Assembly: GCA_964016885.1 (NCBI GenBank)
Contig: OZ024744.1
Coordinates: 40,548,001 to 40,612,000 of the forward strand
Direction: 5' to 3'
DNA from: Eledone cirrhosa
Lineage: Eukaryota
DNA: 64,000 nt
Both the position numbers and the translations under genes were made by a program. This document shows, piece after piece, positions 52,337-64,000 of the stretch. The first letter of the stretch is position 1; each line of letters begins with the position of its first letter. Under the pieces are notes generated by a model that had not been told where the DNA came from, ran no database searches, and saw nothing but the letters and a program-made list of their open reading frames with translations.

Positions 52337-55300
52337 TTTTCAGTTGTTTCAATTGCCAGTTATGGAACATTTTTGTTGTTAAGTGTTTAGAAGTTCACAT
52401 TTATTACTTTCTGAAAAGGACACTCAATAATATTGGGGCCTTGAGCCCAAAATTTTAACTTTATACTTATCAAACAAAAAATCTCTTTGAAAAAAAAACA
52501 TGGACGGCATTCAGCTACCAACATCTGCTGACAGCTTTTCTAACAGACTAACATCTCCCACCACCACCACCATTGTAAACCTTGCTACGGTTGCCAACAC
52601 TGAAAATATAAGTAATAGCAGTGGCAATTATTTAGATTTGTAACATACAGACATGGATTTCAGCCATTACCAATGTCTACAGGTGTTAAAGCCGCCACCC
52701 TCACCCCCACAATGTCAAAAAGAAGAACCAACACCACTGATACCACCACCACAACTGAAACTAAAAATAATAATAACACAAATAACAATAACAACAACAG
52801 CAACAATAAGAATAACAACAACAACATCAACACCAGCGCAAAACCAAATGTGTAGTTTGCTAAAGCGGCAAACAAAAATGAAACGGTGGAGGTAAGCCAG
52901 GAAGAATTGAATGAAGCCAAGCGAATGGTAAAAAAATATGGTTACAGGGTCAACCTCACCCACCATCTAATACCATGGAGAATCGGCGCCTATGCACCGT
53001 GTAATATCACACGATAAACATTAAAACACACCGAATGGAACGGGCATCCGAGTCCCAGATACAAAAAGCTTTGGGACATGTGTGGGCTTAAAATCCCACA
53101 TCAGACGTAATATGGTACTGTGGATGTGTTCTTTGGAACCCCACAGGAAGCCAGAGAGCATCCATGGCCCCATTAAAAAGTGACGAGTTCACACTCATCC
53201 CAAGCTATTGTGGTCAGAGGCTGGTAAGAATCAGGGTGACCCAGATTCTGCCGGCCATTGACATTCCCTGGCTAATCACTGCTGTCCTCGCCGACATCGA
53301 GGCCGACACTAAAGTAATTGAGGTGATAAAAGTAAAGCAGGAGAACTGGTCCGGATGGAGCTCGTGATCCAAGCGGACCAAAAAAACATTGAGGAAATAC
53401 CAGAGGTGATAGACCTCAATGACGGCAGCCACCTCACCGTAATTGTTGAGGGTAGAAGGCCTAGGTGTGTCGGTTGTGGCGAAGGAACCCAACTAATGGC
53501 TTTCTGGTCTCAGGCTAAAACTTTGAGGCCACCTCTCCTGCCCACCCCAGTGACTTAACCATCAAAACCAGCAGCAGAAATGGCAGCAACAACTGTAGCA
53601 GCAACAACAGCAGCAACTGTAACAACAACAGAAGCAACTGTAGCAGCAACAACCCCAACAACTGTAGCAGCAACGCAACAGTAGCAAAACTAACACCGCC
53701 ACCACTCACAGCGCCAGAATTAGCACCAGCGCCTCCACTATCCACCACACCACAACCAAAACCAACGCATGTGGAGAATTTTTCACTCCCCGACCTCTCG
53801 CAACTAGAGACAGATTGTGACGACGAGGACGAGTGCGAAATTGTATCTGGAAAAAAGAAAAAAAAAAAAAACAGAAAAGAAAAAATCCTCTTCCTTCGCT
53901 CTCCAAAAACAAAATGCAGGGCGAAACAAACAAACTAACAAAAAAGTTAAGACAGCTATGCCACCATCCACACCAGCATCACCAGCCCCATCACCACAAG
54001 CATCAACACCATCACCATCATTAACCCCAACACCACCATCACCAACACCACAAAAGTCACCAAAATGCGAAACAGAAACAAACCCACAACAAACGTAAAC
54101 AAAACAAAACAACCAAAACGATACACACTACACAGCATTAAATTTGAACCACAACCAATTATTACACTACATCCAACATAACACCAGCATCACAGAAAAA
54201 GACTATACAACACCCCCAAAATGCACACCACCTCCACACATACAAATCACTCGCATCACACAGAAAACGTACACGACACTAAAATTAAAATTCCCAAAGG
54301 ACATCGGAGACTTCCGACAAACACTTTCCAGGAGGATTTATAAAGACATCCTTCCAGAGGGGGCCACAAACAGTGAGAAGGACGGAAAAACCATCCTTCC
54401 TCCACAAGAAGTGAGGTAAGTGGTCTTTCCCATCTTTTTCCACTCCATTTCAACATGACCTTACTCAGAATAGGCAACATAAATGCGCGTGGCCTGGGAT
54501 CATCATGGAAGCAGGGCCACCTGCTCAACGACCTCAGGTCACTAAACATAGATGACATGGTCATCAGCGAGACCAGAATCTCCGAAGTATGGGCCTTCGC
54601 ACCGATCTTCGTTGGCTACAATGTTTACGCATCTCCCAGTTGTCCAGGATCGGGGGGAGGAGTTGCTGTGCTTTTTCGGAGTAGCCTGAATCTCGTTATA
54701 TGGGCCATCTTCCTGGACCCAGAGGGTAAGTTGGTGGTGCTGGACGTGACCAATGGAGACAGTCAAGCTTTCAGGCTAGTGGTCGTCTATGACCCAACAG
54801 GAGCAGGGCGGCCTGATTTCTTTCGGCGTCTGGAGACCTTTCTTGGAACGTCCCGCTCTTTAGTGTTAGTGGGCGACTGGAACGGGATCTTAGATGCATG
54901 CTGGGACTGTGTGGGATTAACGGATAGGAGAGGAGTGTGTAAAAGATCGCAAACCTGCTCAGACGGTTTCAACTGTCTGACAGGTACCATCTGGATTTCT
55001 CGAATGTGCCAATGTGGACATGGACAAACCGCATCGGGTCATCCAGATCATATCTAGATAGGGTATTTTGTAGGGAAATAGATAGGTCTAGCATAGCCTG
55101 CCCACAATTCAAAATAGTCAACTACACAGACCACAAATTTGTGATCTGTGAGGTTGACTTAGATAGGCTTCATAGACAGGAACCCGGCTACTGGAAGCTA
55201 AACGTGTCGTTAACAGCGCGCAAGGCCTACAGTGGCCGGATTAGCGAACTAGTTAAGCCATCGCCAACAACAAATGGTGGTTTGCTCTGAAAATAGCGAT

Positions 55301-58020
55301 TAGAATAGAGTCCATTAGGTTTAGTAAGGCTTTAGCAATAGAGAAAAATAGAGCAGAGGGAGAATTAGTTAGAAAATTAGATGAGGCGCTTAGTAAAGGC
55401 ATCGCGACTGACGTGCATGTGGCAAAGTTGGCCCTCGATCAATTCTTCAATGCAAAGCACGAAGGCTGCATTGTCAGAGCTAGGATGCGTGCTCTCAGAC
55501 ATGAGAGGACGAAAGCCGTTCAATGGGCCCAAGTGGAGGAGGCGCATCATGGCAAAAAAGCCACGATCCGTCTTTGGTGGACCATGATGGGCGCATGCTA
55601 CTCGATCCCGGGCAAATGTGTGAAGCTTTTCAGCGACACTCACCCAGCTGTTCGGGAGCAGAGGCAGGCCGGATGTTGGGATGGACTTTAGTGCCTACCT
55701 CGACGCACTGCTGCGGATCTCGGCCACAGAGGCGGAGTGTTGCGAAAAGCCGATAACAGCCGCTGAAGTATGGAAGGCAATGACTGGCTGCACAAGGGGT
55801 AAATCGCCTGGTTTGGATCGTCCGCCCTACAAACTTTACGTACATATGCCAGACATGTTCAGAGACCTCTTGGCGGACGTCTACTGCAACTGGCAACAGA
55901 ACGGGAGAATTCTCAACTCTGTGAGCCGAGGAGCGGTGGCGCTGCTGAGAAAGGAGCCGAACAAGGGGGATAACATAGATAATTTCAGGCCCATAATTCT
56001 GCTAAACAATGATTTCAAGATTTTGGCCAAGGTGCTAGCAAAGAGGATGGCGCTTGTCGTTGGTGGTCTGGTGGGAGAGGCGCAGACATACGCCATCCCA
56101 GACAGATCCATCCATGACAACCTCGGTACATCGTGGAGAGGGTAGCTAGGGAACCTGGTACGGGTGGGTCCTTGATCAATTTATATCAGTAGAAAGCTTT
56201 CGATAGGGTCAACCATCGTTATCTAGCAGCAGTCCTGAGGGCAGCTGGCTTTGGGCCCGTCTTCAGAGGCTGGATCGCTGCCATGCACAGCAACATCTGC
56301 TCTGTGGGGAGAGTGAACTGTCACCTTTCAGAACCGTTCAACATCATGCGCTTCGTCCGCTAAGGATGTTCCCTCTCGTCCCTGTTGTACGTATTGACTC
56401 TCGAGCCATTACTGCACAAACTAGAGACATTGGGATGTGGAAGATACGTGTCAGCATATTCAGAAAATGTCACCGTAGTGGTGTCGAACGCCAAACACAT
56501 CGAGGCGATCGGCACTACACTAAGAGAATACGAGGCGGTGACAGGAGCAATGATCAACCAGGAAAAGTCAGTGGGCCTGCAGCTCGGCACCTAGAGAGGC
56601 ATGTCCATGCCGTCCAACAGAGTCTTCGGGTGCTGGACGGATGGACTGGTTAAATTGCTAGGGGGCTGGTTCGGTCCGGACCTCCAGACAGACAAAAACT
56701 GGGACGAGGTGACGAGCAGGGTGGCTTCTCTCACCCAGAAATTGGCAGAGAGGAAGCTATCCCTGAAAGGTCGAGTGGAGGTGGCTAACGCGTACATCGT
56801 GTCCGTCATCTACTACCGCCTGACCGTTGTGCCTTGTCCTAAGCCTCGCCTGACTGCGCTAGAGCGTTTTCTCTTTCGCTTTTTGTGGAAGAGACACGCT
56901 CCGATGGTCAGGCGGTCCATCTGCTGTCAACACCCGCTACGTGGAGGGCTGGGCATGCCATAGCTGATGATGCACAGACACACGCTTGGGCTATGACATC
57001 TCCACCTCTGCCTCGACGGTGATCAGGTGTGGTCGCCGTTTGTTAGACACGTGTTTCCCCAGCTCGTCCCCTTGACGGCGCTGTAGTCCTGGGTCAAGCG
57101 AAGACCGAGAGGGAGCGCTTGGAGACTGGAATGTCTTCAGGTGCTCACAGCCTTCGACCAGTCAACCTTGGCGTTCTAGAGAGGATTAGTGGAGGGGAAG
57201 AGCGACAACGTACTTGGGGAGACTGTTGCCGTTGATGAAAATCAACTAGCCAATCTGTTCGAGAGAACTTTCGGGCTGGCGCCTATAGACAACTTCCAGA
57301 AATCCCTGGCTTGGCAGTGCTACCAAGGAGCTTTGCCAGTTCGGGATAAACTCTACAGGAATGGAAGTGTCGTCAGCCGGGCATGTCTGAGATGCGTTCA
57401 GAGCAACGAAACCATCCTGCACGCACTCATCCAATGTCCGAGCATTGCTGACTTGCGGTTTATGTCGAAAACCTGTTGTCACGTGTAGGACGGATCCGGC
57501 CATCAGCTGAGTCCATGGTGAGGATTGCCCCGCCCTCTTCCTTTAGCCAGGAAGGGCAGGCAGTTTTTATCTGTCTGGTGGCCATGGTAAAGGGATAGTA
57601 TGTTGGACGCGTCTGAAATGGCTGAAGACGAGCACTTACCTCTTCGGTGATGCCCTGATTAACTTTTTCAAATTTCCTTTGAATAGGTAAATCAGAGTAG
57701 AGAGGTTAAGTGCTCTCTTCCCAGCATTTTGTTGAAAGATGGGTGAGAGGGGCAAACATGGCCTGTAAATTGAAGGTGGAAAACTGGGAGAGGGCACTTG
57801 TCCTGGTGGCCAGGGTCACCGTGGCTTTTTTAATGGGCTTTCTCCAAAAATGTCCTTTGGAAGTCTCCCCCCTATTGGGGAATATTTCATTGTTTCTTTT
57901 TTTGTTCCTTCTGTTTTTGTTTTTTCTACACGCAGAAATGCCCTTTTGTACCGCCCTGTATTGTCCTGTATTGTCTTTAATGTTTTACTTTGTGTAAACC
58001 CTTGTGGTTAATAAAGAAAG
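52337..58020 (+). mobile_element. Tx1-clade LINE copy B, near full length, frameshifted, followed by (ATT)n
   Basis: Divergent ORF1 52500-54419; ORF2 54455 to about 57770, closely similar to copy A; 3' end TAATAAAGAAAG. Confidence 0.92.
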
Positions 58021-58021
58021 C

Positions 58022-58052
<31 letters not shown>

Positions 58053-58054
58053 AT

Positions 58055-58200
58055 GAGTTTAAATCATGCTGAGGTAAACTTTGCCTTTTGTCCTTCTTAC
58101 GTCGATAAAATAAAGTACTAGTCAAGTTCTGGCATCAATATAATCGACTTTCCTTTTCTCTCAAATTTGCTGGCCTTGTTCTAAATTGAGAAACCATTAT
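58055..58200 (+). mobile_element. Truncated S1-related SINE
   Basis: GAGGTAAACTTTGCCTTT..GTCGATAAAATAAAGTAC..TTGCTGGCCTTG..GAAAC. Confidence 0.65.
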
Positions 58201-58999
58201 TATTAACAATGATAATATAGAATAAGCAAAAACAACGAGAGTTAATGCATCTTGCACAAATGACAGAAAACAATGTCTGCATGCAAATTTGAACTAATTT
58301 TTATCTGTTGGCTACAATGTCTTCAGCTCAATGAAAGTTATTTTTATCTTCAGAATGATATAACAATACAAGAATAGAAATTGAAATGGTTTGCAACAAC
58401 AGAAAATATTCCTTCAGATAAAAGGTAATTTATGTGAATGACTAGCAAACATTCTTTTTATAACTGTTAATTAGAATTGTGAAATATGATGTTGATGTTG
58501 ATGATCAAGTTAATGATTAGGATGATGATCACAATGAAGATCATGATGATGGTCAATAGAAAAAATAAAGAGATAACAGAAACTAATTAAATATTTTTTA
58601 ATAATAAATGGTAATTGTGGAAATGATAATGATGATGATAACATCGCTGCCACCACAGTCAGCGACAGTGTTAGCGAAGCTGATGATGACAATAATGAGG
58701 AGGATGACAATGACAAAGACGATGTATGATGACCATGATGATTCTAATTGCTTTATTAGCTACAAGGGTTAGCACATATAATACAATAAATGTTATAAAA
58801 TTAATGATTACAACACACGTAGAACTAGACAGAGATGGTTAAATAAAAACGAGGGTAAGAGCAATTATAAAATTAATATAAAACACACAATAGTTAACAG
58901 AAGCCACTTTTCTCATCTTGCTGCAGCAGTCTGGTGGCCTTCATCAACCTCCTTTTCATCCCCATCAGCACCAATGGATAGTTGTGTTCACGAGTGATG

Positions 59000-59560
59000 G
59001 AAGGCTGAATTAAGTGCAAGAATTCCAGAAACTCTTACAGTAATGCGTCAGCTTCAGCATTCGGCAATCAGAAGAAGGGAAGTAGGTGCAAAAGCCAAAC
59101 TCACTATCTTCATTTTGGTATTCATACCAACCCTTACATATGGTCATAAATTTTAAGTAATGACCGAAAGAATACGCTTGCAAATACAAGTGACCGAAAT
59201 GGGGTTTCTCCAAAGGGTCATTGGAATAATGTTATTTGATAAAGTACGCAGTTCGGAGATCAGAGAATTACTCCAGGTAGAGCTGTTATTGAAAGATCAC
59301 AGCTCTGATATTAGGGGCATGTAGTTAGAATGTCTCAGGAAAGAATCACTGAACAGATCTTATGGGCAAAACAGACTGGCAGGAGACCCAGGGGTAGACC
59401 CTGAGCAAGAGGGTTAGATAACATCCATGAGCTTAGCTGGTCTCACTTGGGGATCCAGCCGGATCAATTAGAGATGGTTGCTTCTGACAGGACCAACTGG
59501 AAGGAGTGTTTGTGGACTCTGTCCCCACGACTCTCTCAGGATTAAGTGAGCAAAGAAAAA
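59000..59560 (+). mobile_element. Decayed RTE-type LINE 3' fragment
   Basis: Translatable remnants PTLTYGH, GHVVRM..ERI and GRRPRGRP. Confidence 0.6.
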
Positions 59561-60997
59561 GAAGGAACTCTGAGACTGAGTGTGATGTAGCTTTCTCTAC
59601 TATCTCAGTATAAGGATAGGGGATCTCAATATTGTCATCATCAGAAATACAACAGTGGTATGATTAGCAAACACTGCAACAGGAAGAGTAGCCCCAGGAA
59701 TGTGCTTATTATTTGTTTGTTATTTTTCAGCTCCTTGGGGAAAAAAACTCTTAGATGGTTTTTGTCTTAACGTGTAATAACTTGACTTTCTGCCTTGCAC
59801 CATGCACCATGCAGCATCAATCTTATTGCCCTTTCACTCTGCACCTATAATGGGAAACAGTTCTGGAAAGGCCTTGTTGTGCTGAGAGGTCACAAAGGAT
59901 TGTAAGTCCATACTGACTTTTCCTGTCCACATATCATTTCTCACTATTTTGGCACTTATTACCTGTCAATATTGCTTTGTAAAGGAGGTAATAACCCAGG
60001 GGTTAATGTCATTTGTTATACCTCTGACTGTTACTTCTGTGTTATGCAACTCCATGTTATTGAGGTAAGTTTATGCATGGATGTTTTGCACATTATCTCT
60101 ACTTACCTCTTTGCTTCCTCCTTGCTTCCCCAAATCAGTCAGATCGTCCTGTAAGCTTTTCCTTTTTTCTAAACTTTAAAATATTAGCCCAAATGTCAGA
60201 AAGCACTTCTTTAAATTCATTTTATGAAAGCATAGATAAAGCCCCACATAGAAAAGGCCTCTGATCTGTTTCTGGTTCTGCTTTCACCATGTCTAGATAT
60301 TCAATATTATATATTATATGGGAGAAATTGGCTCTGTGTTTGCTATATTCCCATAGTGTCACTCCTTTCTATGTGTGCGTGTCAAAGTTATTGTCGATGA
60401 TGTTGATGTTGTTACCTAAGAAATCATTAAAATTACAGCAAAAGTGCTTCAGAAAACATAATTTTTATAAACCTCTCATAACTAGCAAAGCCAAAACTGT
60501 CTTTTATTTTCTTCCCTCAACAAGTGTGTGAACATGTTTTTTATGAAGATTTCTATCCTTGGATATTAAATTGAGGTTGTAATTGCCTGTGCCTTTATGT
60601 GTTTGTTTTAATATCATTTTGTTTTTCTGTTTATCTTTCTTGAAACACTGTTAATCTTTTGTTAAATCATTTTAGAGCATTTTGTTGCTTGTCTTTGCAG
60701 TTTGTTTTGTTGTGGCATCTAGTAGCACGAAACATTAAAATAAAATATTGTCTGAAAGGCAAACTTTATGTTTATTCCAGGTATTGGTATCAAAGTTACA
60801 ATAACAACAGTATAACAAGTATTTTAAGGCCCTTTTACTTGTCTTTACAGACATAACTATATGCACCATGACATATTTTAAAGTAATGTTTTATAGTTCA
60901 ATGCTCCTCCTAGTATCAACTCTTAGTCACCACTTGAGACAAGATCTAGAACAATATTTAGAAGCAAGGAAAGGGAAACAGATGAGAGTAATAGGGA

Positions 60998-61105
<108 letters not shown>

Positions 61106-61259
61106 AAATTATAAATTTGAAGAGCAGACAGATAAGATTTACCTAATTTTTCTTCTTAGTCCAGAGAAATTAACTAAATAAATAATCAATTAAACGGAGC
61201 TAAGTTTAAAATGTAAGTTTGAAGAAATAACAGATAAATGATACATATGTATCATTATC

Positions 61260-63265
61260 ATCATCCTCGTTATTTTACATCCATCTTTCCATGTCTTCAT
61301 GTATTAGACATGTCCTTTTGAGTACAGCTTCAATTGACTTGTGGTGTTCCTTGGTTGTCTCCTCTGTGAGGTTCAGTATTTTGAAATCAGTTCTAACTAC
61401 CTCTGCCCAGATTTATCTTTTTATCTTTGTCTTCCGCTACTGCAGCTTCCTTCCACTGGCATCTTCTGGCACTTTTTAACTTAGTGTTCATCATCTATAT
61501 GCATCACATGTCCATACCAAGGTAGTCTTCTCTCTTGTACAGCACATCTAATAGTTCTTATATCGCGTTATTCTCTCAGTTCTTCTTTGCCCCATTGTTT
61601 ATGCACACTAGCATTGCACATCCAACAGAGAATGCTTGCTTTATTTCTTTCCAGTCTTTGAATATCTTCTGCATTTACTGCCTTGTCTCAATGCAATTCT
61701 AGCTATTATGTTTACATAGCAATCCCTTCAACTGGTAAGTCCCCTAAATAAGAGAAACTACCAACTACTTCTATGGTAACTTCCTGAGATTGGAAAAGGT
61801 TCATTTCACAGTGCACATGCCACGTGCAATGTCAATCTTTACTGTTATCCTGTAGTTCCCATGGGCACTCTATCTTAAACTCCTCTGTTATGGCCTGGGG
61901 AACTATAATAATCAGGTCTGAGAATTGAGTCTTAATGATTACCTACCTGTATATTGGATTGCTCACTAAACTCATTACTTACTCTCACTTTACTTACAGC
62001 ACCTCTGTACATGGTTTTCACTGCTCTTATAAACCACTCACCTATACCCAGTTTCCTTAAAGACCACAAGATAACAGATAATGGTACTCTGCCAAAGGCC
62101 ATCTCCAGATCAGCAATACTAGATACAGTGGCTTACACTTAGCTAAGAACTTCTCTTGTCTCACTAAGAAGAGAGCATCTGTGGTGTTCCTGCCCGATTC
62201 AAAAGTAAACTGCATATGATCTAATTTGACTACTTCCTTTATTAGTTGTACTAACACCATGTTATTTTCATTACTTGATATATTAGTTTTATGCCCTTGT
62301 TGTAACTCCTTCTAAAGAGTATCACATTTCTCTTGATACATCAACAAATAGTTGATGATTGTACTGATATATAAGTCACTGGGTGTGACACCAACATAAT
62401 TACCTGATTGATTATGTGGAGGGACAGCTTCTTTACTATTTTTCAATTCCCTGATTACTTCTTTTATTTATCAACTTCAATAGCCACCACCTCTATTGTG
62501 TATACTGGGTGTGGGATGGGTAGTATCTTTTCCTTCTAGCCATTTTCCATTTTCATCAATCTCTCGTAATAGCATTCCCAGGCTTCTTTCTTCTTAGCAT
62601 CAGTGAGGCTAAGTACACCAGTGTCATCGCAAATGGACTTCTTCCCAATGACATTACACTTCACACTGAAATATTGCAATACAGAATACCTCACATCATT
62701 GATTATGTTGCAGCACATTAGCAAACCTCTTGTTTTCTGCCTCTCTATGTGCTATGTAAATCTGTTGTCTAGCCTATCTTTTAGCTACTAAGGCTCTTTG
62801 TTGCCCCATTTATCCAGTTTTTCCATGTCTGTTTCTTAGCCTCTATCTACAGTACTGTTCCACCAACAAGTCATTTTTTGTCAGGCTGGTACCTTGCTCC
62901 AGCCACTATTCTCATCAGCAGATTATCCCATAGAAATTTCCAGTTGTCTACTATGTCATACATATTTATCTCCTCTCTCCTTTCTTTGTTCACGCTATGT
63001 AGAGCTTTTTCAAATCTATATTTAACAGAAAATTCTTTTAGCTTTCATATCCCCCTTCTACAAATTATCCTACATTTATGATTTTCTCTGATACTTATTC
63101 TGATGTCACAAATGAATAATTTATATTGGATGATGCATTCTTTTCCAGGAAAAAACTTAGTATTCACAATAATCTATCTACCCTGTTTTCTGACAGACAT
63201 GAAGTCAATATGACTTGCACGTACACCTGATTGGTAGATGATCAAATAGTTAACCAGTTTCCTAC
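61260..63265 (-). mobile_element. Old RTE-clade LINE remnant
   Basis: ORF 62057-62260 (GRNTTDALFLVRQ..KPLYL) parallels 11198-12001; KKEAWECYYERL in ORF 62536-62724. Confidence 0.75.
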
Positions 63266-64000
63266 AAGGAGGTACACACTGTGGCTAATGCACCTATGTA
63301 CCTGTAGAATTACTATGATCACTGTGACTTGTCATTCTGTAGAATTTGAAACATTTTCAAAGCATAACTGAAACAGTTTTTTTCTAGAATAACCTGGGTT
63401 TGTCTCTCATAACAGCTGTGAAACAAAGTTTATTGTTTTGGGACTTTTAAACAGTTTTATTCATGTTTACATTCAACTCATGATGACTAAGAGCCATAGA
63501 GATAATACTGCCACCCCCACAAGTAACTCAATTGAATGCAAGAGCACAAACAGCAAACAAACATAAAAAAGTATATAAATCTAATTACACAGAACATAAA
63601 CATTTCAGAGGGAGAAAAATAATGATGTTTTCACAGAAAACAGTCATATTTGCTCCAACATTCACAGTGATCAGGCAACAACTACAACAACAATAACAGC
63701 TGCAGCAGCAACAACAACAACGGTGCCGATGACAACAACAACAACAACGGTGCTGATGATGACAACCACAACAACAACAACAATAATGAAAGCAGCAGCA
63801 ACAACAACAAAATTGACACCCACACACATTTTGCCAAATGAAAATAATTCTGAATTTTTTTTTTTTATTTCAGCATCAAAAATGATAATCTAGCTTTCAT
63901 GTTGATTCTTGATTTTCAGTTTTATGCAGAATATTAATGAATGTTAAAGATATGTGGTAATTATGCGGGGGTTTCAATATTCATATGATGAAACTGATGA

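Noticed and set aside
58354-58424. Exon-like segment with AG/GT boundaries
   Set aside because: Stop codons in all three frames; cannot be supported without transcript data.

Overview
AT-rich eukaryotic DNA made almost entirely of repeats, with no confidently identifiable host gene. The mix of tRNA-derived SINEs, RTE, Tx1, R4/Dong and Penelope retroelements with dense (TA)n/(CA)n microsatellites is consistent with an invertebrate such as a cephalopod (inference, not verified). Contents: Penelope-like elements (PLEs, including Neptune-type RT/GIY-YIG fragments), three large Tx1-clade LINEs plus one fragment next to (TATC)n or (ATT)n tracts, several decayed or rearranged RTE LINEs, R4/Dong fragments, one complete hAT transposon with TIRs and 8-bp TSD, two SINE families and two minisatellites (55 and 48 bp). 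The main finding, from folding by eye, is about 15 type I hammerhead ribozyme (HHR) motifs in at least 7 sequence families, nearly all in small elements inserted into (TA)n tracts. They include two non-coding tandem arrays with one HHR per unit (629-nt and about 430-nt monomers, retrozyme-like), a palindrome of about 580 bp with two outward-facing HHRs, and PLE terminal-repeat HHRs with non-canonical cores (U3:A8 swap; U4-to-A). All protein-coding remnants carry frameshifts or stops. Ribozyme folds are manual predictions, and neither activity nor novelty has been tested.
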